DNA of 34,998 nucleotides, taken from Candidatus Beckwithbacteria bacterium GW2011_GWC1_49_16 (GTDB taxonomy: Bacteria > Patescibacteriota > Microgenomatia > UBA1400 > CG1-02-47-37). The DNA is taken from NCBI GenBank assembly GCA_001029675.1, contig CP011210.1:1014891-1049888 (forward strand), read 5' to 3'. Position numbers and translations under genes: made by a program. Under the pieces are notes generated by a model. The model saw only the letters and a program-made list of their open reading frames with translations. It made no database searches and was not told the origin of the DNA. Positions 28,706 through 34,998 of the stretch are shown here, one piece after another. Numbering within the stretch: the first letter of the stretch is position 1; the number at the start of each line of letters is the position of its first letter.

Positions 28706-29777
28706 ACCCAAACAAGTCGAGGGGAGAAACATCGAGAACATGATCGGCGTCACAGAGGTGCCTTTGGGTCTGGCCGGGCCCCTAAAGATTAAAACCCGCA
28801 ACTATAGCCTTCCCTTGGCGACGACCGAAGGAGCCTTGGTAGCCAGCATCAACCGGGGGTGTAAGGCAACCAGGCTGGCGGGGACAGTTACAGTTAAAGT
28901 CGAAGAGGTGGGAGCCACCCGAGGACCGGTGTTTAAAGTGAAGGATTTGGCTCAAGCCGAAAAGCTGGTAGCTTGGCTTGACCAGCACTTTAATCACTTA
29001 AAGCGGTTGGCTAGTGCCAAAGAAAAACACCTCAAGCTAGTGGCGTTTCAGCCTCAAGTGGTTGGCAGGAGCGTTTACGTCCGTTTTGTCTTTGACACCC
29101 AAGAGGCCATGGGCATGAACATGGTGACAATGGCCACCGACGCCATCAGCCGCGAAATTAAAAAGAAACTTGGTATCGACTGTGTGGCTTTGTCCGGTAA
29201 TTTTTGCGTGGATAAAAAGGGAAGCTGGCTCAACTTTGTCGGGGGCAGGGGCAAAAAGGTTTGGGCCGAGGTGGTTCTGCCCAGAAAGGTAGTAAGGTTG
29301 GTGTTAAAGACTACGCCGGAGAAGATCGTCGAGGTGGTGTATCGCAAGCAGCTTTTGGGGTCGGTGGTGTCCGGGTCGATGGGTGCCAACGGCCATTATG
29401 CCAACATTGTCGCGGCGCTGTTTTTAGCCACCGGCCAGGACATGGCTCATGTGGTCGAGGGGAGCTTGGGCATAACCACGGCCGAGATTACTCCTCGGAA
29501 GGTGGCGCGAAGCGACCCCTCCGAGGTGGAATCGGCTTTATATTTCTCCGTCTATCTGCCGGATGTGATGGTGGGGACGGTGGGGGGAGGGACGCACCTG
29601 CCGTCACAGCAGAAGGCACTGAAAATGTTGGGTTTGGGGAATAAAAAAGGCGATGCAGTCAGACTTGCCGAAGTCGTCGGCGGGGCGGTTTTGGCCGGGG
29701 AACTATCATTGACGGCGGCGTTGGCGTCGGGGGATTTAGCCCGAGCGCACCAGAGATTGGGCAGAGGGAAAAAATAA
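28692..29777 (+). CDS. hmgA: HMG-CoA reductase, class I (NADPH; archaeal/eukaryotic type), short N-terminus
   Basis: IENMIG, ATTEGALVAS, EAMGMNM, SGNFCVDKK, GTVGGGT, AGELSL and the C-terminal catalytic His (RAHQRL). Confidence 0.95.
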   Translation: MASLKPKQVEGRNIENMIGVTEVPLGLAGPLKIKTRNYSLPLATTEGALVASINRGCKATRLAGTVTVKVEEVGATRGPVFKVKDLAQAEKLVAWLDQHFNHLKRLASAKEKHLKLVAFQPQVVGRSVYVRFVFDTQEAMGMNMVTMATDAISREIKKKLGIDCVALSGNFCVDKKGSWLNFVGGRGKKVWAEVVLPRKVVRLVLKTTPEKIVEVVYRKQLLGSVVSGSMGANGHYANIVAALFLATGQDMAHVVEGSLGITTAEITPRKVARSDPSEVESALYFSVYLPDVMVGTVGGGTHLPSQQKALKMLGLGNKKGDAVRLAEVVGGAVLAGELSLTAALASGDLARAHQRLGRGKK

Positions 29778-29778
29778 T

Positions 29779-30825
29779 ATGTTAAATAAGTTTAAATTTA
29801 AAAACGTCGGGGTGATCGGTTTTGGGGCGCACGTGCCAACTTACAGGATCACGGTTGACGAGATAGCTAAGGTGCACGAGAAAGACGGCCGGGCCATTGC
29901 CGCGTCTTTGGGGGTAAAAGAAAAAGCGGTGGCCGACCGCGACGAGGATACGGTCAGTTTGGCGGCGGCGGCGGCCCTTCACTCGCTCAAGCGAGTTCAG
30001 GGTAAACTTTTTAAGCCGAAAGATTTGGGGGCGGTGTTGGTGGGCAGTGAGAGCCATCCTTACGCGGTCAAGCCGACGGGGTCGGTGGTGGCCGAGATTT
30101 TGGGAGTGGGTAGAGAGTATCTGACGGCAGATTTGGAGTTTGCCTGCAAGGCCGGGACAACGGCGATGATTGTGATCGCCTCTTTAATCGAGGCGGGTTT
30201 AATCGAGGCGGGGTTGGCGATCGGCGCCGATGTGGCTCAAAGCCGGCGGGGGGACGCCTTGGAGTACACGGCCGGGGCAGGAGCGGCGGCAGTGGTCTTG
30301 GGCAGTAAAAAATATCCCTGGCAGGCAAAATTTGAGGCGGCGAGCAGCTTTAACTCGGACACGCCGGACTTTTGGAGGAGGGCAGGGCAGAAGTTTCCGG
30401 CCCACGCGGGCAGATTCACCGGCGAGCCGGCTTACTTTGCTCATGTAGAAGAGGGTACCAGGCAGTTTTTGAAAAAATTCAGGCAGAAGATAGGCTGGTT
30501 TAACCATGTGGTGCTGCATATGCCCAACGGCAAGTTTCCCAAAAAAGCCGCTGCCAGGTTAGGGGTAACGGCTGGGCAGCTTAAAACAGGTTTTATCGTC
30601 GAAAAGATCGGCAATCCTTACTGCGCTTCGGCGATGACTGGGTTGGTGAAAGTTTTGGAAGAGGGGAGAAAAAACCAGAAGATTCTGATGACCAGCTATG
30701 GCTCGGGGGCGGGCTCAGACAGCATCAGTTTGACGATTTTGCAGAAAAACTCGATTGGTAAAGATACTGATGTTTCAGAGCAAATAAAGAAGTTTGAGTA
30801 TATTAGCTATTCAAAGCTATGTTAA
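29779..30825 (+). CDS. mvaS: HMG-CoA synthase, archaeal type
   Basis: GSESHPYAVKP, EFACKAGT (catalytic Cys), YTAGAGA, RFTGEPAYF, HMPNGKFP, SYGSGAGSD. Confidence 0.95.
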   Translation: MLNKFKFKNVGVIGFGAHVPTYRITVDEIAKVHEKDGRAIAASLGVKEKAVADRDEDTVSLAAAAALHSLKRVQGKLFKPKDLGAVLVGSESHPYAVKPTGSVVAEILGVGREYLTADLEFACKAGTTAMIVIASLIEAGLIEAGLAIGADVAQSRRGDALEYTAGAGAAAVVLGSKKYPWQAKFEAASSFNSDTPDFWRRAGQKFPAHAGRFTGEPAYFAHVEEGTRQFLKKFRQKIGWFNHVVLHMPNGKFPKKAAARLGVTAGQLKTGFIVEKIGNPYCASAMTGLVKVLEEGRKNQKILMTSYGSGAGSDSISLTILQKNSIGKDTDVSEQIKKFEYISYSKLC

Positions 30826-31967
30826 TTACCGGAGCCTATCAAACCAAGTTCGGCGAGCTGTGGGATAAGAGTTTGTCCGACCTGATTTTTGAAGCCGGAA
30901 GTAACGCGATGAAGGACGCGGGGGTTAAGCCGGCGGAAGTTGATTTGGTGCTGGTAGGAAACATGCTTTCCGGCCAGCTTGAAGGGCAGGAACATTTGGG
31001 GGCGGTGGCGGCGGAAGCGCTCGGAATAAATCAGGCGGCGGCGATGCGGGTGGAGGCGGCTTGTGCTTCGGGAGGGGTGGCGGTCAACCAGGCAGTCAAC
31101 GCCATCAAGGCAGGGGCGGCCAAAACGGCGCTGGTGATCGGGGCGGAAAAAATGACGGATAAATCAAGCGGCGAGGTGGCTTTGAGTTTGATGGGGGCGG
31201 CAAGCGAGGCGGAGCGGCAGGCGGGGTTGACTTTTGTGGGGCTTTACGGCCTGATGGCCCGGGTTTATTTTGACCGCTTTGGTTTGAAAAAGGACGATTT
31301 GGCGCACGTGGCGGTGAAAAATCATAGGCATGCCAGTTTGAACCCCAAGGCGCAGTACCCGTACGCGGTGGATTTGGAGACGGTGTTGAAGTCGAGCTGT
31401 GTGGCCTCGCCTTTACACCTTTTTGATTGTGCCCCGATTACCGACGGGGCGGCGGCAGTGGTGATCCAAAATCGACGATCCACAAGCCACGATCAGAAAA
31501 GAGTCGTCGCCATCGCTGCCAGCCAGGTGGCGACAGACAGCGTCAGCCTGACCAAGAGGCAGTCTTTAGTGGAAATTGGCGCCACCAAGACAGCGGTAAA
31601 GAAAGCTTATCTTGAGGCCGGAGTCGAGGCAAGCGAGGTTGATGTGGCTGAAGTCCATGATTGTTTTTCGATTGCCGAGATTATGGCGGTGGAGGATTTG
31701 GGGTTTTGCAAAAAAGGCGAGGGGGCCAAAGCGATAAAACGGGGTGAGTTTGACTTTGGCGGCAGGCTGCCGGTGAATTTATCGGGCGGGCTTAAGGCTT
31801 GCGGACACCCGGTGGGGGCAACCGGGGTCAAGCAGGTGGTGGAGTTGGCGTTGCAGCTTCGGGGTGAGGCGGGAGAACGTCAAGTAAAAGGAGCCAAAGT
31901 GGGTTTGGCTCACAATGTCGGAGGCAGCGGGGGGACGGCGGTCGTCCACCTGTTAAAGAAGATATGA
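30819..31967 (+). CDS. Acetyl-CoA acetyltransferase (thiolase), archaeal/SCP2-like type
   Basis: EAACASGG, DGAAAV, EVHDCF, GHPVGATG, HNVGG. Confidence 0.93.
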   Translation: MLITGAYQTKFGELWDKSLSDLIFEAGSNAMKDAGVKPAEVDLVLVGNMLSGQLEGQEHLGAVAAEALGINQAAAMRVEAACASGGVAVNQAVNAIKAGAAKTALVIGAEKMTDKSSGEVALSLMGAASEAERQAGLTFVGLYGLMARVYFDRFGLKKDDLAHVAVKNHRHASLNPKAQYPYAVDLETVLKSSCVASPLHLFDCAPITDGAAAVVIQNRRSTSHDQKRVVAIAASQVATDSVSLTKRQSLVEIGATKTAVKKAYLEAGVEASEVDVAEVHDCFSIAEIMAVEDLGFCKKGEGAKAIKRGEFDFGGRLPVNLSGGLKACGHPVGATGVKQVVELALQLRGEAGERQVKGAKVGLAHNVGGSGGTAVVHLLKKI

Positions 31968-32269
31968 AAGCAGTCAGCGTTTGGCGCAGGCAAAAAACTA
32001 ACTACCAAAATTTGGGGATAGTCGGCAAGGTAGTTTCTAAAACCAGGATTATCGAAGCGCCCCAAGGATTTGTCGGGCCTTACTGGGTGGTGATGGTGGC
32101 CGCCCCACTTCGCTCGGAGAGCTTCGAGGGGCAAGAGAGGGTGGTGGGGCAGTGGGCGGATGTGGTGGAGCCAAAGATTGGGATGAAAGTAGTCGGGGTG
32201 TTGCGCCGGATTGGCGAGGCGGGGAGTTCAGGAGTGATTGAGTACGGAGTCAAATGGAAACAGCTATGA
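31964..32269 (+). CDS. DUF35-like OB-fold scaffold protein of the thiolase/HMGS complex, lacking the Zn ribbon
   Basis: ATGA-coupled to the thiolase gene. 'WR....Y', 'GKVVSKTRI..AP.GF..PY.V.MV' and 'KIGMKV..VLRRI...G.I.YG.K' match the OB-fold pattern; the protein has no Cys. Confidence 0.8.
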   Translation: MKAVSVWRRQKTNYQNLGIVGKVVSKTRIIEAPQGFVGPYWVVMVAAPLRSESFEGQERVVGQWADVVEPKIGMKVVGVLRRIGEAGSSGVIEYGVKWKQL

Positions 32270-32273
32270 AGTC

Positions 32274-32380
32274 TTGGCTCGACAGAGGGCACTGCGACGT
32301 GCTCACTCCTCTTCGTTCTATTTTAAATCTTAAAGGTACTCGAGATCTTGCGCGCGACGTTGCCCGTCTGTCTGCGCCAA
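32274..32380. repeat. 107-nt intergenic inverted-repeat element (REP/MITE-like or structured RNA)
   Basis: TTGGC..GACAGA-GGGCA pairs with TGCCC.TCTGTC...GCCAA around an AT-rich centre. Confidence 0.5.
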
Positions 32381-32384
32381 CTAT

Positions 32385-33230
32385 ATGACCAAAATTATAG
32401 TATCAGCGCCAGGGAAGGTGATTCTTGCCGGCGAGCACGCGGTCGTTTACGGTTACCCGGCGCTGGTGGCGGCCATAGACAAGAGGTTAACCTTGGCGGC
32501 TCGATTCGGGCCGACAAAAAAGCGTTACTCCGGTTTGGTTAAGTACGCCTTGAGCCAAATTTTGTCTCCAGGGGAAAAGGCGGATATAAAGATAGACTCC
32601 CAAATACCCGTTGGCAGCGGCCTGGGCAGCTCGGCGGCATTGGCGACGGGCTTGGTTTGGGCACTATTGCCGGATCAGTCGGAAGCAATAAAAAACAGCG
32701 TGGTGAGAAAAATAGAAGACAAGCAACACGGCCAGTCGAGCGGAGTAGACCAGACGGTGGTAAGGGAGGGTGGGGCAATAAAGTATGTTAAGGGGGAGGG
32801 GTTTGAGAAGGTGGAGCTTAATTTAGCAAAAGCGGTTTTGGTAGACAGCGGCCGGCCGGTGGAAACAACCGGAGAGATGGTGGCTGCGGTAAGGCGCAAG
32901 CTCGAAACTCGAAACTCGAAACTCGAAACTATTTTTAAACGCATTGGCGAAATTGCCGAGGATTGGCGGCCGGAGTTAATCCGGGAAAATCAGAGATTGT
33001 TGGAAGCGATCGGCGTGGTGGGGGAGAAAGCCAAAAAAGTGGCGCGAGAGATTGAGGCGATTGGCGGGGCGGCCAAGGTGTGCGGGGGAGGGGGAGTGAA
33101 AAGGGGCTCGGGAATGATGCTTGCCTATCATGAAGATCCGAATAAGCTGGCGGAGTTTTTAAAGGAGAAGAAATGGTCGTTTATGGAAGTTGGCTTGGGG
33201 GCAGAAGGGGTAAGACATGAAAGTGTTTAA
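32385..33230 (+). CDS. mvk: Mevalonate kinase (GHMP family)
   Basis: SAPGKVILAGEHAVVYG, IPVGSGLGSSAA, HGQSSGVD, AKVCGGGG. Confidence 0.9.
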   Translation: MTKIIVSAPGKVILAGEHAVVYGYPALVAAIDKRLTLAARFGPTKKRYSGLVKYALSQILSPGEKADIKIDSQIPVGSGLGSSAALATGLVWALLPDQSEAIKNSVVRKIEDKQHGQSSGVDQTVVREGGAIKYVKGEGFEKVELNLAKAVLVDSGRPVETTGEMVAAVRRKLETRNSKLETIFKRIGEIAEDWRPELIRENQRLLEAIGVVGEKAKKVAREIEAIGGAAKVCGGGGVKRGSGMMLAYHEDPNKLAEFLKEKKWSFMEVGLGAEGVRHESV

Positions 33231-34071
33231 AGCCACGGCTGTGGCGCCGGGGAAACTGTTACTTTTAGGCGACCACGCGGTGGTGTATAACCGGCCGTGT
33301 TTGACGGCGGCGGTTAACCGGTGGGTGAAGGTGGGGGTGGTGGGAAGAAAGGGTAAAGAGTCGGTTTTTGTGGCCGGAGTGAGGCGGTTGTTTGAACGCC
33401 TTTACGGTTCGGTAGCAGAGGGTTTTGCGGTCGAAGGGTTTGACAGCTATTTGGGTTTAGGGTCGTCAGCGGCCACCACGGTGGCGGTAGCCAAAGCCAT
33501 GTTTAAACTAAAAAAAATCAAAGTGAGCCAAAGAGAGCTATTTGATTTTTGTTATCAGGTGGTGAGGCAAGTTCAAGAGCTGGGAAGTGGTTTTGACGTG
33601 GCTGCCAGCATCTATGGTGGAGTGATTTACTTTGTTACCGGAGGTAAAAAAATTAATCGTTTAAAAGTTGACAGTTTACCCTTAGTGGTGGGTTACAGCG
33701 GGGTTAAGGCCGAAACGGCGACCATGGTTAAAAAGGCCGCCGCCAAAGTGACGGAGCGGTTTTTACATAGTTCAGAGCAGATTGTTAAGCAAGGGAAGCG
33801 GGAGATGGAAGATAAAAATTGGCCCAAGTTGGGAAAACTAATGAACCAAAACCAAAAACTTTTAAGACAGCTGGGAGTGAGCACGGTCAAGTTGGATAAA
33901 ATGATCGAAGCGAGTTTAAGGGCGGGCGCGTATGGAGCCAAGCTATCAGGAGCCGGCGGGGGCGACTGTATGATTGCTCTTCACCCTGACGGGATTCAGG
34001 GTAAACGCTTAGTGGAAAAGGCAATAGAGCGAGTCGGCGGTCAAGTTTTAAAGGTAAAATTAGCTTTATGA
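33217..34071 (+). CDS. mvaK2: Phosphomevalonate kinase (GHMP family)
   Basis: APGKLLLLGDHAVVY, LGLGSSAA, GSGFDVAASIYGG, AKLSGAGGGDC. It lies between mvk and mvaD; a second MVK cannot be fully excluded. Confidence 0.75.
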   Translation: MKVFKATAVAPGKLLLLGDHAVVYNRPCLTAAVNRWVKVGVVGRKGKESVFVAGVRRLFERLYGSVAEGFAVEGFDSYLGLGSSAATTVAVAKAMFKLKKIKVSQRELFDFCYQVVRQVQELGSGFDVAASIYGGVIYFVTGGKKINRLKVDSLPLVVGYSGVKAETATMVKKAAAKVTERFLHSSEQIVKQGKREMEDKNWPKLGKLMNQNQKLLRQLGVSTVKLDKMIEASLRAGAYGAKLSGAGGGDCMIALHPDGIQGKRLVEKAIERVGGQVLKVKLAL

Positions 34072-34997
34072 AAGCGACTGCTTTTGCACCGGTCAATGTT
34101 GCCGCGATCAAATATTGGGGTAAAGCCGATGCTGACTTAAGATTGCCGGCCAATAGTTCACTATCGGTAAATTTAACTAATTTGGGTACAACGACTACGG
34201 TCGAGTGGGATAAAAACTTAACTGCAGACATTGCTGATAATAGAATGGTTGAACATTTAGACAGAGTAAGAGAAATTGCCAAGTTTAATTTAAAAGCCCG
34301 GGTCGAAACCAAAAACAATTTTCCGGCCTCGGTAGGATTGTCCTCTTCGGCTTCGGGAATGGCCGCTCTGACTCTGGCGGCGACTGCTGCCGCCAACTTA
34401 AAACTTAAAACTAAAGACTTAAGTCGTTTGGCTAGACTAGCTTCTGGTTCGGCCTGCCGGAGTATTCCTGATGGTTGGGTCGAGTGGGTTAAAGGTAATG
34501 ATAAAACTTCTTATTCAAAGACCATTTTTCCAACCAACCATTGGGATTTGAGAATTTTGGTGGTGATTTTAAGTCAAGAAAAAAAGAAGGTCAGCTCCAC
34601 CGCAGGTCAGAAAATGGCCTTTACCAGTCCGTTTTATAAGGCGAGGGTTGCCGCTATTCCAGCAAAAATTACCAAGATCAAGCAAGCAATAGCCAAAAAG
34701 AATTTTTCCTTGCTGGGTCAAATTATGGAAGAGGACTGTTTAAATATGCACGCGGTGATGTTGACGCAACGGCCGCCCTTAGTCTACTGGTTGCCGGAAA
34801 CGGTGAGGGTAATGCAGGCAGTAAGGCAATGGCGGCGGCAGGGTTTAGAAAGTTACTTTACGGTTAACACCGGCCAGAATGTGTTTGTTTTTTGCCGCCC
34901 GCGCGATGAAGTCAGGTTGACGGCGAGACTAAGAAGGCTTGAAGGAGTGAAAGAGGTGCGACGTGATCAGATCGGCTCCGGGGCGAAGTTGCTTTAG
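34068..34997 (+). CDS. mvaD: Diphosphomevalonate decarboxylase family protein (atypical catalytic motif)
   Basis: N.A.IKYWGK, LPANSSLS, GLSSSASG, ARLASGSACRS, NMHA. Complete, with TAG at 34995-34997. The DAGPN motif reads NTGQN. Confidence 0.88.
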   Translation: MKATAFAPVNVAAIKYWGKADADLRLPANSSLSVNLTNLGTTTTVEWDKNLTADIADNRMVEHLDRVREIAKFNLKARVETKNNFPASVGLSSSASGMAALTLAATAAANLKLKTKDLSRLARLASGSACRSIPDGWVEWVKGNDKTSYSKTIFPTNHWDLRILVVILSQEKKKVSSTAGQKMAFTSPFYKARVAAIPAKITKIKQAIAKKNFSLLGQIMEEDCLNMHAVMLTQRPPLVYWLPETVRVMQAVRQWRRQGLESYFTVNTGQNVFVFCRPRDEVRLTARLRRLEGVKEVRRDQIGSGAKLL

Positions 34998-34998
34998 T

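Noticed and set aside
30183-30212. Perfect 15-bp tandem duplication (TTTAATCGAGGCGGG x2, LIEAG-LIEAG) in HMGS
   Set aside because: It is in frame and the segment appears to be of normal length for the family, so probably a neutral local event.

Overview
Bacterial genomic DNA (code 11) that looks like Patescibacteria/CPR, probably Microgenomates; this is inferred from gene content, very compact spacing, lack of obvious Shine-Dalgarno sites and many apparently leaderless genes. It has two blocks. (1) 1-27781, mostly minus strand, is a CPR-type T4SS/conjugation-like membrane locus. In transcription order it holds nine tandem VirB2/TrbC-like pilin genes, an M23 peptidase, a membrane-anchored exported protein, a Clp/Hsp100 ATPase between two membrane-anchored DnaJ-type zinc-finger genes, a Fic-HTH gene, an HExxH membrane peptidase, a 1239-aa membrane protein and a VirB6-like protein. 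A 9.3-kb oppositely oriented block of three orphan genes (one of 2122 aa) follows, then PrgI and a TraC/VirB4-associated gene cut by the window edge. (2) 27823-34997, plus strand, is an ECF sigma factor followed by a mevalonate operon with an archaeal-type upper half (class I HMGR, HMGS, thiolase, DUF35) and MVK, PMK and MvaD. The most notable points are: a Clp ATPase lacking both the M-domain and the ClpP-docking loop, flanked by Zn-finger membrane proteins inside the secretion locus; the orphan giant-protein block; an MvaD with Asn at the catalytic Asp position; a Zn-ribbon-less DUF35; and several in-frame palindromic and heptamer insertions. No rRNA, tRNA, CRISPR array or transposase was seen. 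All family calls come from motif recognition by eye, without database searches.
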